Part shown: positions 48,177 through 57,402 of the stretch, one piece after another
Layout of the letters: each line of letters opens with the position of its first letter
Position numbering within the stretch: position 1 is the stretch's first letter
From: a candidate division FCPU426 bacterium
Lineage (GTDB): Bacteria; Oederibacteriota; JAAXVQ01; JAUVAV01
Assembly: GCA_040756875.1 (NCBI GenBank)
Contig: JBFLYH010000001.1
Location: 1,180,878-1,244,877, forward strand
Direction of reading: 5' to 3'
Length of the DNA stretch: 64,000 nt
The notes under the pieces: generated by a model
What the model was told of the DNA's origin: nothing
The model's input: the letters and a program-made list of their open reading frames with translations, nothing else
The model's database searches: none
Made by a program: the position numbers and the translations under genes

Positions 48177-48563
48177 TTATAATTTCCCGGAATGGTTCAG
48201 CAGGTGGGTGATCCGCACTAACAGGTCGTCCGGATCAAAGGGTTTGGCCAGATAATCGTTGCCGCCGACCGCCAGCCCGCGGGCCACGTCGGCCGGGGTG
48301 GATTTGGCGGTGAGAAAAATGACTTTGATGTGTTCAAGATCAGGCTGCCGCCTGATCGCGGCGCAGACTTCGTAGCCGCTCAGGCCGGGCATCATCACGT
48401 CCAGGACCACCACATCCGCCTGCCACTGCGCCAGCAGTTCCAAAGCCGACTGGCCGTTTCCGACCGTACGCACCTCAAAACCAGAAGACACCAGGCTGAT
48501 TTGCACCAGCCGGGCGATTGCCGGTTCGTCGTCCACCACCAGGATTTTGTGCATCGTGGTCAA
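48177..48563 (-). CDS. Stand-alone receiver-domain response regulator
   Basis: ILVVDDE, LDVMMP, FLTAK, KPF. Alternative start at 48554. Confidence 0.9.
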   Translation of the reverse strand: MTTMHKILVVDDEPAIARLVQISLVSSGFEVRTVGNGQSALELLAQWQADVVVLDVMMPGLSGYEVCAAIRRQPDLEHIKVIFLTAKSTPADVARGLAVGGNDYLAKPFDPDDLLVRITHLLNHSGKL

Positions 48564-48679
48564 ATGAGCGGAATCCCCTTATGCGGATTGGCTTTTCCCC
48601 CGGCCAAACACAGGTCATCAAAACCAACATATCAATTCTCGGCCGTTCAAACAACTGCAAAATGTGCTATATTTAAAAC

Positions 48680-50401
48680 ATGATTCATCCCGGCCGTTCC
48701 TCTCTCTGCGGGCGCTTGCTGCCCGCATTTTTACTGCTGGTCTCCTTTGCCCCGTGCCTGCACGCAGCCTGGTTCGACACCAACTACACGTACAAGCGGC
48801 GCATTACCCTCCAGGCCAGCCAGGTGCCGGACGGCACGTTCGCCGACTTTCCGGTGCTGATTACCGAGGCCAATCTGGACACGGCTTTCTTCTCCCACGT
48901 GCAAAAAAGCACGGCCGACAACCTGGATGTGATTTTCACCGACGGCAACGAAGTCGCGAAACTCGACCGGGAGATCGTGTTGTTCAATGCCGGCGGGCAG
49001 CTGGAAGCCTGGGTGCGCGTGCCCTGGCTGGACGGCACGGCCGACACCGCGCTTTACGTTTATTATGGGTATGCCGGCGCCGACGAACCGAACACCCCCA
49101 CCACCTGGGCTTCCTCCTTCCGCGGCGTCTGGCATTTGCAGCAAACGCCCTCTCTGTCGGTCGCGGACATTCGGGACAGCTCCGTGTACGGGCATCATGG
49201 AACCTCTTGGAACATGGAAACCGGAGACAGCGTTCCCGGCCAGATCGGGCGCAGCCTGAGTTTCGACGGCCTCATGGAATACGTCAACTGCGGCGACAGC
49301 GCCAACCTGCGGATCACGGGCAGCGCAACCCTGTCGGCCTGGATCAACCTGAACGACCCCAACGCCGACCAATACATGCGCATCATATGCAAAAAACCGA
49401 CTTGGGACGCCAGCCAGGGATACAGTTTCGAATGCAATCCCCGCAATCAATACCTTACGGTCCTGGGCAGCGGATCGGACGTGGCGCGCGCCACCAGCGC
49501 CTCCTATTCCACAAACTGGCATTTTGTCACCGGGGTGATCAACGACAAGACCGGGACCCTGTATCTGGACGGCAAGGACATCACCGACGACTCCGGCGTG
49601 GACGCCCTGGTGGCCGGCACGCAGGCCCTGACCATCGCCAAACTCAGCGGCGAAACGGATTATTTCGACGGGCAGCTGGACGAGGTCCGGGTCGCGGCCG
49701 TAGCGCGCGACGCCGACTGGGTGATGGCCGAGTACAACAACCAATCCGACCCCGGGTCCTTTTACACGGTGGCCCCGGAGGAAAACCGCTATACCCCGAC
49801 CATCACGCCCACTTTCACGCGCTCGGCCACAGTCACCCTGACCCTCACGGCCACGGCTTCGCTGACCCCTTCGTATACGCCCACCATTTCCCCCACGCCC
49901 ACGGTCAGCCCCACAAGCACCATCACGCCCACGCGCACGGCGTCAGCCACGGCGTCGGCCTCGCCCACCGTGACCCCCACACCCTCGATCACCCCTTCGC
50001 CCACCCAGTCAAGCACGTCCACCGCCACTCTCACCGCAACCATCTCCCCGACCAGCACCATTTCGCCCACGGCCTCGCCCACTTTCACCCTGACCCCCTC
50101 GCCCACCCTCGATGTGGCGGCCTTGGACCTGGACCGCGTGATCCTCTATCCCAATCCCTACCGCGCGGATTTCAAGCCGCGGCCCGAAGTCACGTTCATC
50201 AACCTGCCGCAGCGCGCCGTGATCCGGATCTACAATGTGAGCGGGAAACTGGTCTGGCAAACGACCAAGGACTCGAACAGCAACCGGCAGACCTGGAACC
50301 TGAACAACGAGCAAGGGAGGCCCGTGGCGTCCGGTGTTTACATCTACAAAATAAAATCCGGCTGGAGGGAGAAGAGCGGCAAACTGGTGTTATTAAGGTG
50401 A
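48680..50401 (+). CDS. Secreted DUF2341/LamG (ConA-like) protein with Thr/Pro linker and T9SS-like C-terminal domain
   Basis: Signal peptide; DUF2341-like (DFPVL, WVRVP, LYVYYG); LamG (SFDG, TLSAWI, WHFVT, LYLDG, FDGQLDEVR); YPNP...IYNVSGKLV...W...VASGVYIY...KLVLLR. Confidence 0.85.
   Translation: MIHPGRSSLCGRLLPAFLLLVSFAPCLHAAWFDTNYTYKRRITLQASQVPDGTFADFPVLITEANLDTAFFSHVQKSTADNLDVIFTDGNEVAKLDREIVLFNAGGQLEAWVRVPWLDGTADTALYVYYGYAGADEPNTPTTWASSFRGVWHLQQTPSLSVADIRDSSVYGHHGTSWNMETGDSVPGQIGRSLSFDGLMEYVNCGDSANLRITGSATLSAWINLNDPNADQYMRIICKKPTWDASQGYSFECNPRNQYLTVLGSGSDVARATSASYSTNWHFVTGVINDKTGTLYLDGKDITDDSGVDALVAGTQALTIAKLSGETDYFDGQLDEVRVAAVARDADWVMAEYNNQSDPGSFYTVAPEENRYTPTITPTFTRSATVTLTLTATASLTPSYTPTISPTPTVSPTSTITPTRTASATASASPTVTPTPSITPSPTQSSTSTATLTATISPTSTISPTASPTFTLTPSPTLDVAALDLDRVILYPNPYRADFKPRPEVTFINLPQRAVIRIYNVSGKLVWQTTKDSNSNRQTWNLNNEQGRPVASGVYIYKIKSGWREKSGKLVLLR
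49790..50110 (+). repeat. Thr/Pro/Ser-rich coding linker repeat
   Basis: About 105 aa of imperfect T(I/V/F)(T/S)PT units with roughly 6-aa periodicity. Confidence 0.8.
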
Positions 50402-50407
50402 GGGCAT

Positions 50408-50540
50408 AGCCCGGGAACGTCTTTTTCAAGCCGCAAAGCGGAAAGGAAAAGTCCACAGCCCTTCGGGCTGCGGGGCGAGACGGTTACGGCCGGGTGCTCC
50501 GCAGTTCCCGTCTGCATCTTGAAAAAGACGTTCCCGGGCT
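50408..50540. repeat. 133-bp element bounded by perfect 23-bp inverted repeats
   Basis: AGCCCGGGAACGTCTTTTTCAAG (50408-50430) and its exact reverse complement (50518-50540). Confidence 0.8.
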
Positions 50541-50577
50541 TTCTTTTGCCGCGAAAGGAAAGGGAGGAAGCCGAGAA

Positions 50578-51975
50578 TTACTTATCCAAGTACTCGATAT
50601 ACGCGGAGCCGACGTCGAGGTTGGCCGAAGGCCCGATCACGTAGTAGCGGGCATAATAATAATGTTCGTTGTCTTTGTATAGCGTCAGCGTGGCGTCCTG
50701 CCGGCTGGCGTCGTTCCAGGTCCCGGCCTTGAAATCATACGGCTGGGGCACCACGCGCTGGTCCTGGCTGATGATCTTGCCATCCAGCGTCACCTTCCAC
50801 GCCAGGGTCATGACGATCTGGCCGGCGGCCTGGTTCGGAGCGCCGCTCAGGCTGAACTGGATGTTGGCCTGGTGGTTCACGCGTTCGCCGGCCGCGTTGT
50901 AGAAATAATAATCGAAGGTCTCGTCCACCTTCTGTTCGCCGCGGTACTGGTCCTCCTTGTACACGGTCAGGTGGCGGTCCTGCGAAGGCGTACGGCATTC
51001 CTGAAAACGCGGTTCCAGGTAATTTTTCCCGCGCTTGACCTCGATTTCAGTGAAATACTTGACCTGGTAATTGATGTCGTAATGCAGCACGTGCCGGCCC
51101 GCTTTGATGGGCGTGAGCGAGCGCCGCGTCTCGAGGCTTTTATCCCCTTCCTGCAGGACCTTGGTCTTCCCGTCCAGCATCACGTCTTCGGCGCGCATAT
51201 TCACGAAATACACCTGGGTCTTCTGGATCTGCAGCACGCCGAGCGCGATCCCCGCGCCCACCAGCAGCAGCCCCGCGCTGACGGCCAGGGTCGGCAGGCC
51301 GCCGCGCTGTTTGCGCCCTTTGGCCGGCGGACGCGGCTTGGCGCGCGCCGGATCATAGACTTCGTATATTTCCACGGCCGCGGGGATGCCCTTGAGGAAA
51401 TACCGGCCGTGCTGCTGCCATAGGGCCTGGGGGCCGCCATGGGAAGCCAGCCAGCCTTTGGCGCTGTCGAACACCGAATACGTGAGATACACCTGTCCGC
51501 CGTCGGCCAGGCCCTCCACCCGCGAAGCGCGGTTCACGTGCCGGCCGAACAGGTCCAGGTTGATTTCGTTCTCAACGGCCACCTGGCCCATGTCCAGTCC
51601 GATGCGCACCTCGATGTCCGCCAGCTCCGGATGGCCGGCGTTGAAGCCGCGCAGTGCATCCTGGATCTTCAGGGCCCGGGCCACGGCTGTGGAGGGTTCG
51701 GAAAACACGGCCATAATGGCGTCGCCGATGTGCTTGACCACCAGCCCGCCCCCGTTCTCCTCGATGATCGGCACCAGCACGCGGTCGTGCGCCTCCCGGA
51801 CCAGGGAGGAATACTGCTCTCCGTGCTCCTCGGTCAGGCGGGTGAACCCCTTGATGTCCGTGAACATGATGGTCAAAACAGAGGTGTCTTTGAGCTTGCG
51901 GTAGCGGTTGACTGAATCGAGTTCGTTCGCGGAGATGGACAGCGGGGCGTCCGGCGGGGTCGGCTGGTCGGGCAT
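50578..51975 (-). CDS. Class III adenylate/guanylate cyclase with TM and C-terminal extracytoplasmic domain
   Basis: MFTDIKGFT, KHIGDAIM, RIGL, DLFGRHVNRASRVE, LKGI; TM LAVSAGLLLVGAGIALGVL. Confidence 0.88.
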   Translation of the reverse strand: MPDQPTPPDAPLSISANELDSVNRYRKLKDTSVLTIMFTDIKGFTRLTEEHGEQYSSLVREAHDRVLVPIIEENGGGLVVKHIGDAIMAVFSEPSTAVARALKIQDALRGFNAGHPELADIEVRIGLDMGQVAVENEINLDLFGRHVNRASRVEGLADGGQVYLTYSVFDSAKGWLASHGGPQALWQQHGRYFLKGIPAAVEIYEVYDPARAKPRPPAKGRKQRGGLPTLAVSAGLLLVGAGIALGVLQIQKTQVYFVNMRAEDVMLDGKTKVLQEGDKSLETRRSLTPIKAGRHVLHYDINYQVKYFTEIEVKRGKNYLEPRFQECRTPSQDRHLTVYKEDQYRGEQKVDETFDYYFYNAAGERVNHQANIQFSLSGAPNQAAGQIVMTLAWKVTLDGKIISQDQRVVPQPYDFKAGTWNDASRQDATLTLYKDNEHYYYARYYVIGPSANLDVGSAYIEYLDK

Positions 51976-52102
51976 GGGGCGCGTTCCTCCAACGGTCAGG
52001 GTGGGTTGCTCCCGGAATGCTGCAAACTATTTCGACGGCCTCTCCTGGCGCCCGCGAAGCTCCGGCCGAAACCGGGGCTTCGCGGACGGCCGGGGCCGTT
52101 TG

Positions 52103-55100
52103 TTATCCTGCCAATACCGCTTCCTGTCCGGGCTGCGCCTGCTGTTCGGTTCCGGCCGCAGGCTTGGAAAAATCCAGCTTGGACAGGCGGACGTAGGAAT
52201 TGTACCGCCATTTCGCGTTTTCCTCGGCTGCGGCGAACAGTTCGCCGGCCACGTCGGGGAACGATTTCTTCAGCGACGAATAGCGGACTTCGCTGGCCAG
52301 GAAATTCTGGAATTCCGCCCATTTGGGTTCTTTCGAATCCAGCTGGAAGGGATTCTTGCCTTCCTTTTCCAGGCGCGGGTCGAACCGGTACAGGTGCCAG
52401 TACCCGCACTCGACCGCGTTTTTCCCCTGCCGCTGCGATTGCCCCATGTTGCGGATGCCGTGGTTGATACAGGGCGAATAGGCGATGATGAGCGACGGGC
52501 CCGGATAGGCTTCGGCTTCGCGGATGGCCTTCAGGTACTGGTTCTGATTGGCGCCCATGTCCACTTGCGCCACGTAGACGTAACCGTAGCTCATGGCCAT
52601 CATGCCCAGGTCCTTCTTGCGGATGCGCTTGCCGGAAGCCGCGAACTTGGCCACCGCCGCCACCGGCGTGGATTTGGACGCCTGGCCGCCGGTGTTGGAA
52701 TAGACTTCCGTGTCCAGCACCAGGATGTTGACGTCCTCGCCCGTGGCGATCACGTGGTCCAAACCGCCGTAACCGATGTCGTACGCCCAGCCGTCGCCGC
52801 CGAAAATCCAGATGGACTTCTTTACGAGGTACTGGGCCAGCTTGAGGATCTCCGCCGCCGCCGGGCTCTTTTCGCCCTTGAGCGAGGCGATCACCTTGGC
52901 TGAAGCCGCCTTGGATTTTTCCGCGTCGTCCTTGCCGGCCAGCCACTCGTCGAATGCGGCCTGGGTCTCGGGTTTGGCCGAGGGTCTGGCTTCCTGCATC
53001 AGCACTGCGATCCGTTCGCGGAGTTGGCGCACGCCCGTGGCCATGCCGTAGCCGTACTCCGCATTGTCCTCGAAGAGCGAGTTGGCCCAGGCCGGCCCGC
53101 AGCCCTGGGCGTTGGTCGTGTAGGGCGACGAGGGCGAAGAGCCGCCGTAAATCGAGGAACACCCCGTGGCATTGGCGATCAGCATGCGGTCGCCGTAGAG
53201 CTGGGTGACCAGCTTGATGTACGGGGTTTCGCCGCAGCCCGCGCAGGCGCCTGAAAATTCGAACAGCGGCTGGGCGAACTGCGAGTTTTTAAGGCTCGCG
53301 GTTTTGGGTTGCAGGGTGTCTTTGTACGATACGTGCTTGGTAAAATAATTCCAGCGCGCGATCTCCTCTTCCTGCGTGGCCAGGGGTTTCATGACCAATG
53401 CCTTGGTCTTGGCCGGGCAGACGTCCGCGCAATTGCCGCAGCCCGTGCAATCCTGGACGCTGACCTGGATCTTGAACTTCAGGCCCTTGAACGCCGGGCC
53501 GATGGCGTCGAGGGTCTTGGTGTTGGCCGGCAGGCCTTTCACTTCCCCCTCGTTGAGCAGGAAGGGCCGGATGACCGCGTGCGGGCAGACATAGGCGCAC
53601 TGGTTGCACTGGATGCAGTTTTCCGGCAGCCATTCCGGCACGTTCACCGCGATCGAGCGCTTCTCATAGGCCGAGGTTCCGGCCGGCAACGTGCCGTCTT
53701 CGCGCCCTTTGAAGACGCTGACCGGCAGATCGTCGCCTTTCAGCCGGTTGATCGGGTCCACGAACTGGCTGATGAACTCGGGGACGTCCCCGTCCGGGGC
53801 GGGCTTTTCCACCTTGAGGCTTTTCCAGGCGGCTGGGATCTCGACCTTGGTCACGGCCTGGCCGCGGTCAATGGCGTTGTGGTTCATTTTGACCACTTGC
53901 TCGCCCTTCTTGCCGTAGGTTTTTTCCACCATCATCTTCATCTCTTTTTCCGCCAGCTGGTAATCGATCACGTGGGAGATTTTAAAGAAGGCGGCCTGCA
54001 TGATGGTGTTGGTGCGGTTGCCCAGGCCCAGGTCCTCGGCGATCTGCGTGGCGTTGATGATGTAGAAGTTGATCTCGTTGTCCGCCAGGTATTTTTTCAT
54101 GTGGGCCGGCAGGTGCGTTTCCAGTTCCGCCGGCGTCCAGAGCGTGTTGAGCAGGAAGGTCCCGCCCTTTTTCAATCCTTTAAGGACGTCGTACTTGTCC
54201 AGGTAGGACTGGACCGAGCAGGCCACGAAATCCGGCACGCTGACATAGTAGGCGGAACGGATGGGCGTGTCGCCGAAGCGCAGGTGCGAGATGGTCACGC
54301 CGCCTGATTTCTTGGAATCGTAGGCGAAATAGGCCTGGCAGTATTTGTCCGTGGTCTCGCCGATGATCTTGATGGTGTTCTTGTTGGCGCCGACCGTGCC
54401 GTCCGAGCCCAGGCCGAGGAACTTGGCCTGGTACGTGCCCGCGGGCACCACGTTGATCTCCGGCAGGACCGGCAGCGAGGTGAACGAAACGTCGTCCACG
54501 ATGCCCACGGTGAAGCGGTTTTTCGGCTCCTTGGCCTTGAGGTTCTCGAATACGGCCATCATCTGCGCGGGCGTGGTGTCCTTGGAGGAGAGGCCGTAGC
54601 GGCCGCCGACGACCAGGGGCGCGTTGGGCCGGCCGTAGAAAATGTCCTTGATGTCCAGATAGAGCGGTTCGCCGTTGGCGCCGGGCTCCTTGGTGCGGTC
54701 TAGCACGGCGATGCGCTTGGCGCTCGCCGGGACGGCTTGGAGGAAGTACTTGGCCGAAAAGGGGCGGTAGAGGTGGACTGCCACCAGCCCGACTTTTTCC
54801 CCCTTTTTCAGGAGCACGTCGATGACTTCCTTGAGGGTGTCGGTGACCGACCCCATGGCGACGATGACGTTTTCCGCCTGGGGATCGCCGTAATAATCAA
54901 ACGGCTGGTATTTCCGCCCGGTCAGTTTGGATAATTCACCCATGTAGTGGGCGACGATGTCCGGCACCGCGTCGTAGAAGAGGTTGGCCGCTTCGCGCGC
55001 CTGAAAATAGATGTCCGGGTTCTGGGCCGTGCCGCGCGTCACCGGGTGCTCGGGGTTGAGCGCGTTGTCGCGGAACGCCTGGAGCGCCTGGCGGTCCAGG

Positions 55101-55681
55101 AGCTTCTCCACGTCAGCCTCGGAGAGCGCCTCGATCTTCTGGATCTCGGCCGAGGTGCGGAACCCGTCGAAGAAATGCAGGAACGGGATGCGGGATTTGG
55201 CGGCAGCCAGGTGCGCCACGGCGGACAGGTCCATGATCTCCTGGACCGACCCGGTGGCGAACAGGGCGAACCCGGCTTGCCGGGTGGCCATCACGTCGCT
55301 GTGGTCCCCGAAAATGGAGAGCGCCTGCGCTGCCAGCGAGCGGGCGGAGACGTGGAAGACCCCGGGCAGCAATTCCCCCGAGATTTTGTACATGTTGGGG
55401 ATCATGAGCAGGAGGCCCTGCGAGGCGGTGAAAGTCGAGGTCAGGGCGCCGGCCTGCAAAGCGCCGTGCACCGCGCCCGCGGCGCCGGCTTCGCTCTGCA
55501 TTTCCGTGACGCGGACGACCTCGCCGAACAGGTTTTTCCTGCCCTGGGCGGCCCATTCGTCCACGTATTCGGCCATGGTGGACGACGGGGTGATCGGATA
55601 GATGGCGGCCACTTCGCTGAACATATAGGCGATGTGCGCCGCAGCGTAGTTGCCGTCACAGGTAATGAATTTTTTTGCCAT
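52103..55681 (-). CDS. nifJ: Pyruvate:ferredoxin (flavodoxin) oxidoreductase
   Basis: AIYPITPSS, SEAGAAG, two ferredoxin motifs (CIQCNQC..CP; CTGCGNC..CP), FSGACAGCGE, GGDGWAYDIG. Confidence 0.97.
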   Translation of the reverse strand: MAKKFITCDGNYAAAHIAYMFSEVAAIYPITPSSTMAEYVDEWAAQGRKNLFGEVVRVTEMQSEAGAAGAVHGALQAGALTSTFTASQGLLLMIPNMYKISGELLPGVFHVSARSLAAQALSIFGDHSDVMATRQAGFALFATGSVQEIMDLSAVAHLAAAKSRIPFLHFFDGFRTSAEIQKIEALSEADVEKLLDRQALQAFRDNALNPEHPVTRGTAQNPDIYFQAREAANLFYDAVPDIVAHYMGELSKLTGRKYQPFDYYGDPQAENVIVAMGSVTDTLKEVIDVLLKKGEKVGLVAVHLYRPFSAKYFLQAVPASAKRIAVLDRTKEPGANGEPLYLDIKDIFYGRPNAPLVVGGRYGLSSKDTTPAQMMAVFENLKAKEPKNRFTVGIVDDVSFTSLPVLPEINVVPAGTYQAKFLGLGSDGTVGANKNTIKIIGETTDKYCQAYFAYDSKKSGGVTISHLRFGDTPIRSAYYVSVPDFVACSVQSYLDKYDVLKGLKKGGTFLLNTLWTPAELETHLPAHMKKYLADNEINFYIINATQIAEDLGLGNRTNTIMQAAFFKISHVIDYQLAEKEMKMMVEKTYGKKGEQVVKMNHNAIDRGQAVTKVEIPAAWKSLKVEKPAPDGDVPEFISQFVDPINRLKGDDLPVSVFKGREDGTLPAGTSAYEKRSIAVNVPEWLPENCIQCNQCAYVCPHAVIRPFLLNEGEVKGLPANTKTLDAIGPAFKGLKFKIQVSVQDCTGCGNCADVCPAKTKALVMKPLATQEEEIARWNYFTKHVSYKDTLQPKTASLKNSQFAQPLFEFSGACAGCGETPYIKLVTQLYGDRMLIANATGCSSIYGGSSPSSPYTTNAQGCGPAWANSLFEDNAEYGYGMATGVRQLRERIAVLMQEARPSAKPETQAAFDEWLAGKDDAEKSKAASAKVIASLKGEKSPAAAEILKLAQYLVKKSIWIFGGDGWAYDIGYGGLDHVIATGEDVNILVLDTEVYSNTGGQASKSTPVAAVAKFAASGKRIRKKDLGMMAMSYGYVYVAQVDMGANQNQYLKAIREAEAYPGPSLIIAYSPCINHGIRNMGQSQRQGKNAVECGYWHLYRFDPRLEKEGKNPFQLDSKEPKWAEFQNFLASEVRYSSLKKSFPDVAGELFAAAEENAKWRYNSYVRLSKLDFSKPAAGTEQQAQPGQEAVLAG

Positions 55682-55896
55682 GATCAAGGCTCCCTTCGAG
55701 CTTATTAATATATGATAGATTCAGGGCCAAAACCCATTAAATCCTGGTTGAAATTGGATGCCATTCCAGTGGAATTCTCAGTGGGAAGCTTGGATTTTCA
55801 TGGACCGGCATGGCACAAACGGAAGCCAGTGTATCACAAACCGCCCTCTATTTCACTAAAAATCCCCGCAAGCGAGCAGGTGATTAGCCCGGCTTT

Positions 55897-56304
55897 TTAC
55901 GCAATTCTATTTTCCAGTCCCGCAACCCGCAAGTCAAGTCCTGCCAAATCTTCGGCATCCGCCTTGCGTCTTAGCTCAGCTTTAATCTCAGTCTGACCTT
56001 GATGAAGCAGGACCAGTTGGCCGTTCATCACGGCCTGGTCCTTGCGCATTTCGGCAAATTGCCCGCGCAGTTCGGCTTGGTCTTTGCGCATCTCGGTAAA
56101 CTGCCCTTTAAGTTCGGTCTGGCCAAGATGCAGCACCGCAACTTCATGCTTCAGCGACCGGACGTCACCTTCGACTTGACCGAGCCGTTCATCCACCTTG
56201 TCAAAACGATGGTTCATGACTTCGACAACCTTTTTAATATCAGAACGAAACTCTTCGACCACGGTCTTGAATTCGGTCATGGTAATACTTCCTTCTTCCG
56301 ACAT
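55897..56304 (-). CDS. Small coiled-coil hypothetical protein with 14-aa tandem repeat
   Basis: GAGGAGG RBS before MSEEG; heptad pattern; GQFTEMRKDQAELR/GQFAEMRKDQAVMN. Confidence 0.75.
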   Translation of the reverse strand: MSEEGSITMTEFKTVVEEFRSDIKKVVEVMNHRFDKVDERLGQVEGDVRSLKHEVAVLHLGQTELKGQFTEMRKDQAELRGQFAEMRKDQAVMNGQLVLLHQGQTEIKAELRRKADAEDLAGLDLRVAGLENRIA

Positions 56305-56500
56305 TTTAGCCTCCTCATTGTGGGTCAACCAAGCGGGACTGTCAATTCCTTAATCCGCACTCTTTAGACCCAGAGGGGCTACAAACCACGCAGAATATTT
56401 ACGCGCCTCAATCGTAAGCGGAGGGGGAGCCGCCAGGCGCCGGGAACTGTGTCGTTTAAAGGTAGGTGGCAAGGAAAATCAGGACAATTCCAAGGCAGGC

Positions 56501-57100
56501 CTACAGTTCCCTCCTGCCGGAAAGCGCCTGGCCGAGGGTGATGTCGTCCGCGTATTCCAGGTTGCTCCCGGCCGGGAGCCCGGAAGCCAGGCGGGTGACC
56601 TTGACGCCCAGGGGTTTGATGAGCTTGCCCAGGTAAATGGCCGTGGCCTCGCCCTCCACGTCCGGGTTGGTGGCCACCACCACTTCCTTGATGCTTCCCT
56701 CCCGCAGCCGGTTGAGCAGCTCCGCGATCTTCAAATCATCCGGCCCGATCCCGTCCAGGGGCGAGAGCGTGCCCATCAACACGTGGTAGCGGCCTGAGAA
56801 GACCCGCGCCCGTTCCAGGGAAAACACGTCGTTGGGCTCCTCGACCACGCACAACTGGGCGGGATCGCGGCGGGGGTCCTTGCAGATGGGGCAGATTTCC
56901 TCTTCGCACAGGCCGAAGCAGACGCTGCAGTAGCGGATGCGGTCCTTGGCTTCCACCAGGGCGTTGGCCAGGCGCTCCACCGCGGCCCGGTCCTGCCGGA
57001 GCAGATAAAAGGCGAGCCGCTGCGCGGTCTTGGGCCCCACGCCGGGCATGCGCCCCAGCTCATCGATCATGCGGGCCAGGGCGCCCAGGTAGAGGGTCAT
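56501..57100 (-). CDS. recR: Recombination mediator RecR
   Basis: PGVGPKTAQRLA, C4 zinc finger, YHVL.G.LSPLDG, EGEATA, LEYAD. Confidence 0.96.
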   Translation of the reverse strand: MTLYLGALARMIDELGRMPGVGPKTAQRLAFYLLRQDRAAVERLANALVEAKDRIRYCSVCFGLCEEEICPICKDPRRDPAQLCVVEEPNDVFSLERARVFSGRYHVLMGTLSPLDGIGPDDLKIAELLNRLREGSIKEVVVATNPDVEGEATAIYLGKLIKPLGVKVTRLASGLPAGSNLEYADDITLGQALSGRREL

Positions 57101-57402
57101 GCGCCCAGCCCCGAACCCAGGCCGGGAATGGAGCCCAACTGGGAGGCAGCCAGTTGCTGCGCCCGGCTCAGGGCCTGGCTCAGGGCTTCCTTGACCAGGG
57201 TTTCCAGGCGGCGCGCGTCGTTTTGCGCCACCAGGGCCGGGTCGAGGTGGATGTGTTTGACTTCCATGCTGCCTGAAAGCTCGACGCGCACGGCGCCGCC
57301 CGCAGCCTGGCCTTCGGCGGTCAGGTTTTTCAGCGCCGAACGGGCTTTCTTCAATTCAGACTGCATGCTTTGCAGCTGCTTGGCCATGTTCAAGAAATTC
57401 AT
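57097..57402 (-). CDS. ybaB: YbaB/EbfC nucleoid-associated protein
   Basis: Q.MQ, AGGAVRV; located between dnaX and recR. Confidence 0.88.
   Translation of the reverse strand: MNFLNMAKQLQSMQSELKKARSALKNLTAEGQAAGGAVRVELSGSMEVKHIHLDPALVAQNDARRLETLVKEALSQALSRAQQLAASQLGSIPGLGSGLGA

Noticed and set aside
49790-50110. Periodic sequence as a possible CRISPR array
   Set aside because: It is an in-frame Thr/Pro coding linker with no identical repeats or unique spacers; no cas genes are present.
50440-50460. GGAAAAGTCC resembling the RNase P RNA GAGGAAAGUCC motif
   Set aside because: The match is imperfect, and the intergenic space is far too short for RNase P RNA.
50578-51975. Cyclase as a Pycsar/CBASS-type anti-phage system
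   Set aside because: It has adenine-type specificity residues and no adjacent cNMP-binding, TIR or other effector gene.
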